64,000 nucleotides of DNA from Patescibacteria group bacterium (GCA_018818425.1 JAHISB010000002.1:2819-66818); one strand, 5' to 3'; positions 44,879 to 55,174 are shown, counted from the stretch's first letter. The notes: a model not told the origin generated them from the sequence alone. Program-made: numbers and translations.

Positions 44879-46018
44879 ATGAAATACATTTTAGCCATAA
44901 ATTCTGGCAGCGCTACGTTGAAAGTTAAAGTTTTTGATGAAAAATTAAAGGAAGTTTTTAAAGCGCAAATGGAAAGGGTGGGCCTGCCTCAATCTTTTTT
45001 AGTTTATCAAAAAAATAAAAGGATAAATTTTTCTGCGGGCATTAATAATCACCAGCGGGCTCTTAAAGAAATTATTAAAGTTCTGCCCGATATAATTTAT
45101 CGTGGTATAAAACTGGCGGGCCACCGGATTGTTCACGGCGGCGAGGATTTTGTAGAGCCGACAGTTCTGAATAAAACTATTTTAAAGCAAATCGGCAAGT
45201 ATAATGATTTTGCGCCGATACATAATCCCATAAATTTAAAAACAGCCCTAGCAGCCATAGCCGAATTTCCCAACGCCCGCCAAATCGGAGTTTTTGATAC
45301 TCAATTTTTTAAAGACCTTCCTGAATATACTTATCTATATTCAATTCCGGTGAAGTATTATCAGCGCTATGGCTTGAGAAAATACGGCTTTCACGGCCTT
45401 TCTCACGAAAATATGTTTCAGGAAGCCGCAGCCAGGCTGGGCAGAAAAAATTTGAATTTAATCACCTGCCATTTGGGCAACGGCGCCAGCGTCACTGTCA
45501 TTAAAGCAGGGAAAGCGCTGGATACTTCCATGGGCTTAACGCCTTTAGCCGGCATTACCATGGGCGCCCGGTCAGGCGATTTAGATCCTTACATCCCTTT
45601 ATTTTTGGTTAAAGAATTAAAGATGCCGCCGGACCAGGTTTATAAGGAGCTGAACTTTAACTCGGGCCTAAAAGGCATTTGCGGCTTGGCTGACTTCAGG
45701 GACATATTGGCTGTGGCAGGAGTTAAAGTCCCGGGTTATAAATTAGCCTTCAAGCCGACCAGATATAAAAAAGAGCTTGCCAAACTGGCTTTAAGAATAT
45801 ATCTTTACGATGTGCAAAGATACGTGGCCAGCTACAGCGGCCTTTTAGGCAGGGTTGATGCCGTAGTTTTTAGCGGGGGCGTTGGCCAGAACAGCCAGAT
45901 TGTCCGGGAGCTGATTGTGAGCGGCGTCTATTTTATCAACCGTCCCAAAATTTTGGCAATTAAATCAAATGAGGAACTGCTGATTGCCAGGAAAATTGTG
46001 AAATTTTTAGAAAAATAA
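44879..46018 (+). CDS. ackA: Acetate/propionate kinase
   Basis: INSGSATLK, GHRIVHGG, FDT.F, YGFHGLSH, CHLGNGAS, DTSMGLTP, NEEL. Confidence 0.93.
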   Translation: MKYILAINSGSATLKVKVFDEKLKEVFKAQMERVGLPQSFLVYQKNKRINFSAGINNHQRALKEIIKVLPDIIYRGIKLAGHRIVHGGEDFVEPTVLNKTILKQIGKYNDFAPIHNPINLKTALAAIAEFPNARQIGVFDTQFFKDLPEYTYLYSIPVKYYQRYGLRKYGFHGLSHENMFQEAAARLGRKNLNLITCHLGNGASVTVIKAGKALDTSMGLTPLAGITMGARSGDLDPYIPLFLVKELKMPPDQVYKELNFNSGLKGICGLADFRDILAVAGVKVPGYKLAFKPTRYKKELAKLALRIYLYDVQRYVASYSGLLGRVDAVVFSGGVGQNSQIVRELIVSGVYFINRPKILAIKSNEELLIARKIVKFLEK

Positions 46019-46030
46019 GATCGCATAATT

Positions 46031-46372
46031 ATGCAAATAATTGAAAATAAAATCAATCTATCGGAGTTGAAAAAAATAGCTCAAGAACGATTTGGCGATA
46101 TGCTCAAAGCCGTGGTTGATATTGAAAAAGAAATAATGGCTATTGGCGGTGAAATGCATGCAGATGAAGAGGCCTTGCTTTTGGAAAAAGGTTCAAAGCA
46201 GGAAAATCTCTGGGGCATTAACATCTATCCCGATCACATTAATGATGACTTGATTGAATTTAATTCAATGATAAATCTTCGTCCTCGTCAAAATAATCGC
46301 AGCCGCGGTGTAGATAATCCTGAACTTCGGGATAAAATTAAGCAGATAATTGATAAATTAATAATAAAATGA
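46031..46372 (+). CDS. DUF5674-like protein
   Basis: KAVVDIEKEIMAIGGEMHADEE..GSKQENLWGINIYP..SMINLRP (family recalled, not searched). Confidence 0.65.
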   Translation: MQIIENKINLSELKKIAQERFGDMLKAVVDIEKEIMAIGGEMHADEEALLLEKGSKQENLWGINIYPDHINDDLIEFNSMINLRPRQNNRSRGVDNPELRDKIKQIIDKLIIK

Positions 46373-46701
46373 CCTATATTCATAAAGAAATGGCCGCAGG
46401 CCGCTGGTTTGAATTTTCTTTAATGGAGCAGCTGGCCAATGTTGGCAGTGAAATAGAACGAACCATCAATTGGCGCAATAAAGGGGACATGAAATATTCC
46501 AATAACGCTTTTGAACGGGGTCTGGAGCTTTTGGATTTGACCATTGCCGATAAAAAGAACAGCGGCAGATTGAAAGAATTAACCCGCCTGCGCGAGGTCT
46601 TGGTTGATTATTTTTTCGGCGATAATCAGTACTCTTCGTCGGACAGATTATGGCAAAAATATTTTTATTATTATAATTACGCGGCGAGGATTAATTGTTA
46701 A
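46369..46701 (+). CDS. Hypothetical helical protein coupled to the DUF5674-like gene
   Basis: ATGA overlap; GRWFEFSLMEQLANVGSE motif. Confidence 0.7.
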   Translation: MTYIHKEMAAGRWFEFSLMEQLANVGSEIERTINWRNKGDMKYSNNAFERGLELLDLTIADKKNSGRLKELTRLREVLVDYFFGDNQYSSSDRLWQKYFYYYNYAARINC

Positions 46702-46759
46702 TTTACAAGCCGAATGAGGAAGGGTTGATGGTAGGTTAATTAAATATTAAATACTATAT

Positions 46760-46837
46760 ATGGGTTTAATTATTCTGATAATAATCTTACTAATTGTAAT
46801 CGGAGTTATCGCTTATATAGCCGTAAAAAATGATTAA
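46760..46837 (+). CDS. Putative 25-aa single-TM peptide (below ORF-track cutoff)
   Basis: MGLIILIIILLIVIGVIAYIAVKND*. Confidence 0.35.
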   Translation: MGLIILIIILLIVIGVIAYIAVKND

Positions 46838-46883
46838 TGCCGCTGGTAAAAAAATTAATTAATTTAATAATACATTTTAATTT

Positions 46884-47618
46884 ATGATAAATGAGTTAGA
46901 AATTACTGATCAGTATGATTTAATAAAAAAGTATCACGAAAAGTATTTGAAAAAATTTGGTGTAAAAATACCAAAATTGTTGGACAATAGCGGTCAATTT
47001 ACAAAAAATGCCCTAATGTTAGTTTATCTATCATTAGGTTATCCAAAAACCAAAGTAGTTTCTAAAACAGAATTAACCAAATTTATTAGAATATACTTTT
47101 CAGATACAAATGATGTTCAGCAGGCCAGACACCTTGGTGCTCAAGATGGTTGGTGGATTGTAGCCGGTGGCCGTGATAATATTGTTGCAGATCTTAAATC
47201 AGGCGAATATCAGCTTTATACTTTAGAACAACCCTACCCATCTTTTAAGAAAGGGCATAGAATTATTGATACAGGCGATTGGAATAAATTAAAGGAACAA
47301 TATAGCTTTCGCTGCGCAACTTGCGGTTCTCGGGAAGGGGAGCCGCAATTTAACTGGCCCGGTACAAAAACAAAATTACAGAAATCTCATAAAGATCCCA
47401 ACAAACCTTTGATAGCTGGTAATATAATCCCTCAATGTCAAAAATGTAATCGTGCTGATAGAAATAGATGGGTTTATGATGAAAAAGGCAGGGTTATTAA
47501 ATTAGCTAACCCTAAATTTGTTAAAAATTTTGATAAAGATGTTCGCTGGGAAATATATAAAATTCTTTTTAATGAATTTAAAGGGGAAAATCTTAATGAA
47601 AAAAAGTCAAAAAAATAA
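46884..47618 (+). CDS. HNH/beta-beta-alpha-Me type restriction endonuclease
   Basis: CATC...QKSH..P...NIIPQCQKCN; overlaps a DNA MTase gene; AT-rich. Confidence 0.7.
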   Translation: MINELEITDQYDLIKKYHEKYLKKFGVKIPKLLDNSGQFTKNALMLVYLSLGYPKTKVVSKTELTKFIRIYFSDTNDVQQARHLGAQDGWWIVAGGRDNIVADLKSGEYQLYTLEQPYPSFKKGHRIIDTGDWNKLKEQYSFRCATCGSREGEPQFNWPGTKTKLQKSHKDPNKPLIAGNIIPQCQKCNRADRNRWVYDEKGRVIKLANPKFVKNFDKDVRWEIYKILFNEFKGENLNEKKSKK

Positions 47619-48546
47619 CCAATTATTAAATAAAATCATTTTAGGCGATGCTTTGGATATCATAAAAAAAATTGATGATGATTCAATTGATGTTGCGCTG
47701 ACTGATCCGCCTTATTTTTTAGATAAGTTAGACAATAATTGGCAATTCAATAAAGTAAGCGATCAACGAAATAGACAGGTTATTAAATCTTTGCCAGCCG
47801 GGATGAAATTTGATAGAAATCAAGGTATAAATTTTTATAATTGGTATTTAAAAGTTGCTAAAGAAATTTATAGAGTGTTAAAACCTGGCGGCTTCTTTTT
47901 TTCTTTTTCTAGCCCCAGATTATATCATAGAATGGCCAGCGCCATAGATGACGCGGGCTTATTAATCAAGGATTGCTTTTTGTGGGTTTATACGCAAAAT
48001 CAGGCAAAGGCAATGGGGCTGGATCATTTTATTGATAAAATGGAAATCAGTCAAAAAGAAAAAGATAAACTCAAAGATAAATTAAAGGACTGGAAAACTC
48101 CTCAAATTAAATCGGTTTTTGAACCTATAGTGATGGCGCAAAAGCCCACTGACGGCACTTTTTTAGAAAATATGATCAAAAATAAAGTAGGCCTTTTTAA
48201 TACGCGGGTAAAAGTCGGCGCTAATATGTTCCCGTCAAACCTGTTTATAATTGATGGCATAAATGAAATAATGGATAAGTATTTTTTAATTGGCAAACCA
48301 TCTAAAAATGAAAAGTTGTATTTTAATAAACATATGACTGTCAAGCCATTAACTTTATGCGAGCATCTGCTAAAACTTTCGGTCTTTGATAATAATGGTG
48401 TTGTTTTAGATCCTTTCACTGGTAGCGGCACCACATTGTTAGCGGCAAAAAATTTAAAATTAAATTATATAGGAATTGATATTAACAAAGAATATATTGA
48501 TATTGCCAATGAGAGGTTGAATATGCAATCAAATAAACTTTTATGA
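47596..48546 (+). CDS. Beta-class amino (N6A/N4C) DNA methyltransferase
   Basis: Motif IV TDPPY precedes H.TVKP and motif I LDPFTGSGTT; likely start ATG 47596. Confidence 0.9.
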   Translation: MKKSQKNNQLLNKIILGDALDIIKKIDDDSIDVALTDPPYFLDKLDNNWQFNKVSDQRNRQVIKSLPAGMKFDRNQGINFYNWYLKVAKEIYRVLKPGGFFFSFSSPRLYHRMASAIDDAGLLIKDCFLWVYTQNQAKAMGLDHFIDKMEISQKEKDKLKDKLKDWKTPQIKSVFEPIVMAQKPTDGTFLENMIKNKVGLFNTRVKVGANMFPSNLFIIDGINEIMDKYFLIGKPSKNEKLYFNKHMTVKPLTLCEHLLKLSVFDNNGVVLDPFTGSGTTLLAAKNLKLNYIGIDINKEYIDIANERLNMQSNKLL

Positions 48547-49064
48547 ACCTAAAATCCAAAATCCGCGAAATACCGGATTGGCCCATCAAGGGCGTGAATT
48601 TTAAAGATATTTCCACGATTATAGAAGATAAAGAAGCGTTTAGGTATGTCATTGATAAGTTATTGGAACCATATCAAGGGCAAAAAATTGATAAAGTGGT
48701 GGGCATTGATGCCCGAGGGTTTTTATTTTGTTCGGCCATGGCTTACCGCTTGGGCGCCGGCTGCGTGATGATTCGGAAAAAAGGCAAACTGCCCTGGAAA
48801 ACCATCGGCCAGGATTATGCTTTGGAATACGGCGCCAATACCATTGAAATGCATCAGGACAGCATCAAGCCGGGAGAGAGAGTGATAATCGTTGATGATT
48901 TATTAGCCACGGGCGGTACCATGGCCGCGACCGTTGATTTAGTCAAACAATTGGGCGGCGAGATTGCGGGCATCAGCTTTATCATCGATCTGGTATTTTT
49001 AAAAGGCAAAGAGAAAATCAAAGATTATCCAGTTCATACCTTGGTTGAATATGAGAGTGAGTAG
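48543..49064 (+). CDS. apt: Adenine phosphoribosyltransferase
   Basis: GVNFKDI, GIDARGF, RKKGKLP, LEYG, VDDLLATGGT. Confidence 0.96.
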   Translation: MNLKSKIREIPDWPIKGVNFKDISTIIEDKEAFRYVIDKLLEPYQGQKIDKVVGIDARGFLFCSAMAYRLGAGCVMIRKKGKLPWKTIGQDYALEYGANTIEMHQDSIKPGERVIIVDDLLATGGTMAATVDLVKQLGGEIAGISFIIDLVFLKGKEKIKDYPVHTLVEYESE

Positions 49065-49067
49065 TTA

Positions 49068-49205
49068 CACTGTCATTGCGAGGAGCCGTGAACCAGAGCG
49101 CAAGCGATTGGTTCAGGGCGACGAAGCAATCCCCTTACTGAACGGACGTCCATTGGCAAGGGGATTGCTTCGTCCCTCCTAACGTCGGGACTCGCAATGA
49201 CAGTG
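49068..49205. repeat. GTCAT-ended palindromic element (15-bp perfect TIR)
   Basis: CACTGTCATTGCGAG / CTCGCAATGACAGTG; inner GACGAAGCAATCCCCTT / AAGGGGATTGCTTCGTC. Confidence 0.9.
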
Positions 49206-49223
49206 GTATAATATTATTATTCT

Positions 49224-50039
49224 ATGACACAACAAGATATTCAAACAGCCGAAATCGGCATTATCGGCGGTTCTGGCTTTTATGAATTTATTGAAAATGG
49301 CGAGGAGTTTGAGATTGACACCGACTGGGGCAAACCCAGCGCTAAAATCACTGTCGGCGAAGTGGAGGGCAAAAAAGTGGCTTTTTTGCCGCGCCATGGC
49401 AAAAAGCATATTTTTCCGCCTCACCGGGTTCCATACCTTGCCAATATCGCCGCTTTAAAGAAAATCGGCGTTAAATACATTATTGCTCCTTCGAGCTGCG
49501 GTTCTCTTCAGGCAAACATCAAACCGGGCGATTTTATAATTTGCGATCAGTTTGTGGACAGGACTAAAAACAGGCCCGATACTTATTACAACGGTCCGGA
49601 GGTTGTTCATATTGTTGGGGCAGAACCATATTGCCCCACCCTTCGTCAAATTGCCATTGCCTCTTGTGAAAAACTCAACATTGCTCACCATCCTGCTGGC
49701 ACGGCCGTAGTTGTCAACGGCCCCAGATTTTCTACCAAAGCAGAAAGCTTATGGTTTACTAAAATGGGCTGGCAGGTGGTAAACATGACCCAGTATCCAG
49801 AAGTAGTTCTGGCTAGGGAGCAAGATATTCATTATGTTAATATTTCTTTAAGTACTGATTATGATGTCGGTATAGTGGCTGAACAAGAAATGCCGCCGGT
49901 GAATATTGAAGAAGTATTAAAAACCTTCAAGAACAATATCGAAAAAGTCAAAAATTTAATCAAAGAAATAATAAAACAACTGCCGCCGGAAGAATTAAAG
50001 TGTGAGTGCCATCGGACTTTGGAGAAATCAAAGTTGTAA
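49224..50039 (+). CDS. mtnP: S-methyl-5'-thioadenosine phosphorylase
   Basis: GIIGGSG, FLPRHG, GPRFSTKAES, VNMT..PE, TDYD. Confidence 0.92.
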   Translation: MTQQDIQTAEIGIIGGSGFYEFIENGEEFEIDTDWGKPSAKITVGEVEGKKVAFLPRHGKKHIFPPHRVPYLANIAALKKIGVKYIIAPSSCGSLQANIKPGDFIICDQFVDRTKNRPDTYYNGPEVVHIVGAEPYCPTLRQIAIASCEKLNIAHHPAGTAVVVNGPRFSTKAESLWFTKMGWQVVNMTQYPEVVLAREQDIHYVNISLSTDYDVGIVAEQEMPPVNIEEVLKTFKNNIEKVKNLIKEIIKQLPPEELKCECHRTLEKSKL

Positions 50040-50042
50040 TCT

Positions 50043-50161
50043 TGTATCGCTGTTCGTGTATCGTATATCGTGTATCGTAATCGTGTATCGTGTATCTCTA
50101 TCATCATTATTAAATAATTCAATAATTAACGATACACGATACACGAACAGCGATATACGAC
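50043..50161. repeat. Inverted heptamer array TCGTGTA / TACACGA
   Basis: tcgtgta tcgtata tcgtgta ... acgatac acgatac acgaac; related units at 42875-42937 and 51705-51777. Confidence 0.85.
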
Positions 50162-50202
50162 TTGCTATTGTTTTATATTTTATAGTCTAGTATAATAATT
50201 TT

Positions 50203-51480
50203 ATGTTCAAGAGAATCAAAACTTTAATCATTTTGGCATTAAGTTTGATTCTTTTTATTTTTGTTTGCTCGCCGGCTCAGTCAGCGGATTATGATTATGA
50301 TTTAGCAATCGGTCCGACCGACATCTATTTTTCCGAAGAAATTTTAATAACCGGAGAGCAGGTGAGGATTTACGCCAAAGTTCATAATGTTGGCAATTAT
50401 GATATGTTGGGCTACGTTTCTTTTTTTCGGGGCATTGAATTAATCGGCAATTCCCAGGTGGTTTCGGTATTGCCCAATAGCAGCGACGATGTTTTTGTCG
50501 ATTTTACGGTGCCGGAAGATTCATTCAATATTCAGGCAAAAATTCAGGGCACCGACCCCCAGGACCAGAACACCGGCAATAACGAAACTCAAACAGCTCT
50601 TTTTTATCCCGAAGTAGATACCGACGGCGACGGTATTGTCGACAGCATAGATGAAGACGATGATAACGACGGCTTAACTGACAGCCAGGAAGCGGGCATG
50701 TGCACCGATCCTTTAGATGCCGACACCGATAACGACGGAGTTAACGATAATAATGATAACTTTCCCTGCGATCCGGCGGAAACCTTGGATACTGACGGCG
50801 ACGGCATTGGCGATAATGCCGATGTTGACGATGACAACGACGGCTGGTCCGATAGCCAGGAGTTAACGGCCGGCACCGATCCTTTAAGAAAAGACACCGA
50901 TGGCGACGGCGTTAACGACCCTCAAGATGCTTATCCTTTAGACCCTGATAAATGGGAAGAGGAAGCGCCTCAAAATATTTTTCAGCCGCCGCAGCTGCCT
51001 TCATTGTCTAATCAAAACACTAATCAAGCAACTGGCGAAACCACTGCCAATCAGAATGTTAATCAGGGAGATTCAGAAAATACCAGTCAAATTATTCAAA
51101 TTCTTGATGATATAGAAATGAAGCTGGGCAGTTCCAATCAATCAGACGAGCTTGCCGCTCAAGACAAAATTCAGCCATTAAATAAGTTAGGCGAAACGAT
51201 AGAAAAAGTAACCGGCGTTTCAGGACCATTTTTTAGATTAAATAATTGGTTCTTTTGGCTGATATTAGCCATTTTTATTGTTTTGATAACCATTGCAGTT
51301 ATTTTGATAATAAATAAGAAAAGGGCCGGCTCTGGTTTAAAAATGGATTCGTTAAAAAGTAAGACTTCAAAAAAAGTAGAAATTCAAAAAATAACGCCAT
51401 CACAGCCGTCAGCTAAGCCAAAACTGCCGCCCAATGTGGTTAATCTTAAAGAGATAATGAAGAAAAAGAATAAACAATAA
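50203..51480 (+). CDS. Surface protein: CARDB/Ig-like domain, thrombospondin type-3 Ca-binding repeats, C-terminal TM anchor
   Basis: Signal peptide; DLAI..I.F..GEQVRIYAKVHNVG; repeated DTDGDG..D..D; TM followed by a basic tail. Confidence 0.8.
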   Translation: MFKRIKTLIILALSLILFIFVCSPAQSADYDYDLAIGPTDIYFSEEILITGEQVRIYAKVHNVGNYDMLGYVSFFRGIELIGNSQVVSVLPNSSDDVFVDFTVPEDSFNIQAKIQGTDPQDQNTGNNETQTALFYPEVDTDGDGIVDSIDEDDDNDGLTDSQEAGMCTDPLDADTDNDGVNDNNDNFPCDPAETLDTDGDGIGDNADVDDDNDGWSDSQELTAGTDPLRKDTDGDGVNDPQDAYPLDPDKWEEEAPQNIFQPPQLPSLSNQNTNQATGETTANQNVNQGDSENTSQIIQILDDIEMKLGSSNQSDELAAQDKIQPLNKLGETIEKVTGVSGPFFRLNNWFFWLILAIFIVLITIAVILIINKKRAGSGLKMDSLKSKTSKKVEIQKITPSQPSAKPKLPPNVVNLKEIMKKKNKQ

Positions 51481-51779
51481 TCAATGAACAGTGATCAATA
51501 AACAATAATCAATGAACAATGATTTTCTTTGTCATTTCGGGCGGAATGAAATGGAGCCCAAGAAATCTCTTAAAATGCCTGGAAGGGCGTTTTTTCTTGC
51601 TTTAGTTATAATGATTGGTTACAATACAATACATAATAAAAAGTACCAATTAATCGCAAACGACCCAAACATTCGCGAACCAATCACGAACGATTTTATC
51701 AACAATACACGATACCCCTCGACTCGCTACGCTCGATCGGGGCCTGTCGGCACGATATACGATACATGATATACGATTT

Positions 51780-53504
51780 ATGAACAAATACCAATGGAAA
51801 ATTAAAAAGCCGATTGCCGAAGAAATCAGGCAGAAATTTCCTGAAGTAAATCCCATTATTCTTCAGCTGTTAATCGATAGAGGCCTTACCACTCAAGAGC
51901 AGATCGACGAGTTTTTGCATCCGGATTATTCGCAGGATATTCATGATCCTTTTTTATTTTCTCAAATGAAGCAAGCAGTAGACCGCATTTATCAATCAAA
52001 AGAAAATCAGGGAAAGGCGGTAATTTACGGCGACTATGATGCTGACGGAGTTTGCGGGTCGGCTATCTTGGCCAAAGTTTTTAAAGAGATCGGTCTTGAT
52101 TTTGAAGTTTATTTACCCGACAGAGGGCTGGAGGGCTATGGTTTAAATGAGGAGGCCATTAAGGAGCTGGCCAGCCAGAACGTCAAATTGATTATTACCG
52201 TTGACTGCGGCATCAGCAATGTCAAAGAAGTCAGCTTAGCCAACGAGCTGGGCCTAGAGGTGATAATCACCGACCATCACCACGTGGCCGAAGAATTGCC
52301 AAAAGCGCTGGCCATTATTCATCCGGGCTGGGATAAAAACTATCCTTTTAAAAAATTGGCCGGCGGGGGAGTGGCCTTTAAATTAGCCCAAGCCATTTTA
52401 CAAGATCCAAGATTGAATATCAAAGAAACAAATGTTAGTACTTTAGAGAAATGGCTTTTAGATTTGGTGGCCATTAGCACGGTGGCCGATATGGTGCCGC
52501 TGGTTGGCGAGAACCGGACCTTAGTTAAACACGGGCTTATTGTTCTTTCTAAAACCAAAAATCTTGGCCTGCAGAAATTAATAGAGATCACTGGCATCAA
52601 AAAAACAGACACTTATACTATTGGCTGGCAGATTGCGCCCAGAATCAATGCGGCCGGCCGCATGGATCATGCCAACAGCGCTTATCAATTATTAACGACC
52701 GAAAATATAGAAGAGGCCATAACTATTGCCCATGGCTTAAATAAAAGCAATCAGGAGCGCCAGTCGCTTACCGAAAGTTTAATTGAGCAGGCCAAAGAAC
52801 AGGTCGGCGAAGCCAAAGATGATTTACCAATAATTTTTGCCCAGGGCAAGGGCTGGCCGCCCGGGGTAATTGGCTTGGTTTCTTCTAAATTAACTAATAT
52901 TTATGCCAGGCCTTCAATTGTCCTGTCGGAAAAAGATGATCATTTGGTGGCTTCGGGCAGAAGCATTGGTGAATTTAATTTAATCGAAGCTCTGGACCGG
53001 TTTAAAGATTATTTTGAAAAGTATGGCGGCCACAGCGGCGCCGCCGGGTTTTCTATTAAAATTGAAAGATACGAGGATTTTAAGGCTAAGTTTACTGATT
53101 ATGCCAAAGAAAAATTAACAGGCGTTAAATTTATTCCCAAGCTGATTATTGATTTAGAAATATCATTAAAAGAAATCGACTGGCCGTTGATTGAATCATT
53201 GAACCAGTTTGAACCGTTTGGACAAAGCAATTACTGCCCCCGTTTTTTAATCAGAAATGTAAAAGTTATGTCCCGTGACAGCGTGGGCCATGATAATAAG
53301 CATTTGCGTCTGATAGTTGGCCAGGAGAATCTTCAGCGCAAGGTTATCTGCTTTAGCTTTGGCGATTACTGCCAAAAAATTGAACCGGAAGATATAATCG
53401 ATATTGTCTGCGAAGCCAGCGTTAACGAGTGGAACGGGACTAGGGAGATACAGCTTTCGTTGGTAGATTTGAAAATATCTAATGAACGCCAAGGCCTTGC
53501 CTAA
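51780..53504 (+). CDS. recJ: ssDNA exonuclease RecJ
   Basis: YGDYDADG, EGYG, TVDCG, TDHH, PRINAAGR, GGHSGAAG. Confidence 0.97.
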   Translation: MNKYQWKIKKPIAEEIRQKFPEVNPIILQLLIDRGLTTQEQIDEFLHPDYSQDIHDPFLFSQMKQAVDRIYQSKENQGKAVIYGDYDADGVCGSAILAKVFKEIGLDFEVYLPDRGLEGYGLNEEAIKELASQNVKLIITVDCGISNVKEVSLANELGLEVIITDHHHVAEELPKALAIIHPGWDKNYPFKKLAGGGVAFKLAQAILQDPRLNIKETNVSTLEKWLLDLVAISTVADMVPLVGENRTLVKHGLIVLSKTKNLGLQKLIEITGIKKTDTYTIGWQIAPRINAAGRMDHANSAYQLLTTENIEEAITIAHGLNKSNQERQSLTESLIEQAKEQVGEAKDDLPIIFAQGKGWPPGVIGLVSSKLTNIYARPSIVLSEKDDHLVASGRSIGEFNLIEALDRFKDYFEKYGGHSGAAGFSIKIERYEDFKAKFTDYAKEKLTGVKFIPKLIIDLEISLKEIDWPLIESLNQFEPFGQSNYCPRFLIRNVKVMSRDSVGHDNKHLRLIVGQENLQRKVICFSFGDYCQKIEPEDIIDIVCEASVNEWNGTREIQLSLVDLKISNERQGLA

Positions 53505-53506
53505 TA

Positions 53507-53624
53507 TGTCATTGCGAGGAGTGTGATCCCTCACTCCGTTCAGGACAGGCTCCACAATCCCATTGAGTTACGAACTTTCGTTCAACAAGGAGATTGCTTC
53601 GCTCGTGCCTCGCTCGCAATGACA
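53507..53624. repeat. GTCAT-ended palindromic element
   Basis: TGTCATTGCGAG / CTCGCAATGACA perfect 12-bp TIR. Confidence 0.88.
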
Positions 53625-53656
53625 GCAAGGCCAATCAGACTTTATTCAATAAATTC

Positions 53657-54064
53657 ATGAAACAGCAAAAACTTAAAATATATTCCGATGGCGGGGCCAG
53701 GGGCAATCCCGGACCGGCGGCCTGCGGCGTGGTTATTAAAGATGCTAAAAGTCAGACCATCAGCAAACATTCAAAATATCTTGGTGAAACCACCAATAAT
53801 CAGGCAGAATATGCCGGAGTCTTGTTAGGTTTACAAGAAGCTAAAAAATTAGGCGCTCAAGAAGCCCATTTTTATTTAGACAGCGAACTGGTTGTTAATC
53901 AACTTTCGCAGAATTATAAAGTCAAAAATTTAGACATTCAAACGGCTTTTGTTAAAATTTGGAATTTGAGCGTTGGTTTTGCCAAAGTCAAATATCACCA
54001 TATTCCCAGAGAAGAGAATAAAGAAGCCGATCGGCTGGTTAATCAGGAACTTGATAGGAATTGA
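53657..54064 (+). CDS. rnhA: Ribonuclease HI family protein
   Basis: YSDGGARGNPGPA, TNNQAEY, DSELVV, IPREENKEAD; start ATG 53657. Confidence 0.9.
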   Translation: MKQQKLKIYSDGGARGNPGPAACGVVIKDAKSQTISKHSKYLGETTNNQAEYAGVLLGLQEAKKLGAQEAHFYLDSELVVNQLSQNYKVKNLDIQTAFVKIWNLSVGFAKVKYHHIPREENKEADRLVNQELDRN

Positions 54065-54241
54065 TCTTTGATCTAAGACCGAAGACTTCGGCCATGAGCC
54101 ATAGGCCATCATCCTTTGGCTGAAAGGCCGACCAGCCTCCGTTCGGCCTGAGCTCACGGCCGAAGGCTGGCTGGGAAAACTGAAGACTAATAAGATTCAT
54201 AATTGACGAAAAGCTTTGTAAACTGTTATAATAAATTCACT

Positions 54242-55174
54242 ATGGAAGAAAATTGGGGCATGATTGGACATCAAAAAATAGTCCAGTTTTTAGATAAAAG
54301 CATTAAAGTTAATCGTTTAGCCCACGCTTATTTGTTTTACGGCCAGGGTTCGCTGGGCAAAACCACGCTGGCCGAAAAATTTGCCGAAACCCTTTTAAAA
54401 ACACCCGAGGCGGTAGTTACCGATCTTTATAAAGTAGGGCCCCTGGAGGGCAAAAAGAATATTGCCATAGAGCAAGTCAGGGAATGGCGCCTTAAGCTGC
54501 AGATGAAGTCCTTGCATCAGGGTTATAAAGTGGGCATAATTTACGAAGCGGAAAAGCTGAATTTGGAATCAGCCAACGCCCTGCTCAAAACCATCGAGGA
54601 GCCCACGCCGCAGACCGTAATCATTTTAATTACCTCTGCCTGGGATAAAATTCTGCCGACCATTATCTCCCGGAGCCAGCTTATAAGGTTTTCACCGGTC
54701 ATCAACCAAGAAATTATTAACTGTCTTTCGGTTAGAGAATTTCCGGCTGCTGAAATTGAAAAGATGGTTAATTTTGTTGGCGGTTATCCAGGGAAAATTA
54801 TCGCTTATTTGGAAAGTCCGGAACTTTTTACAGAATTTCAGAAATTAAATAAAGAGGTTATTAAAATTTTTAACAGCAATTTGGCTGAAAGGTTTTTAAC
54901 CATAGATAAATTTCTTTCTTCGGCCAAAGAGTTTAATAAAAAAGTTATTTTGACCTATGAATTTTTAAAGCATTTCAGAATTATTTTCAGGGATATGCTT
55001 TTGAAGAATTATAATTTGCCTAATCTTTTGCAGAATAAATCCTTAAAAATAGAGAAAAATTATTCTGTCAACGAGCTTTTAACCATCGGCCTTAAAATGG
55101 AAGAAGCCGAAAACCAGCTTAAAAGCAATGTCCAGCCCCGGCTGATTTTAGAAAATTTAATGTTACATATATGA
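54242..55174 (+). CDS. holB: DNA polymerase III delta-prime subunit
   Basis: HAYLFYG..GK, ANALLKTIEEP, LPTIISRS; the Zn module is absent. Confidence 0.85.
   Translation: MEENWGMIGHQKIVQFLDKSIKVNRLAHAYLFYGQGSLGKTTLAEKFAETLLKTPEAVVTDLYKVGPLEGKKNIAIEQVREWRLKLQMKSLHQGYKVGIIYEAEKLNLESANALLKTIEEPTPQTVIILITSAWDKILPTIISRSQLIRFSPVINQEIINCLSVREFPAAEIEKMVNFVGGYPGKIIAYLESPELFTEFQKLNKEVIKIFNSNLAERFLTIDKFLSSAKEFNKKVILTYEFLKHFRIIFRDMLLKNYNLPNLLQNKSLKIEKNYSVNELLTIGLKMEEAENQLKSNVQPRLILENLMLHI

Noticed and set aside
50610-50950. DNA-level tandem repeat or mobile element
   Set aside because: The repetition reflects protein-level DxDxDG thrombospondin type-3 motifs.
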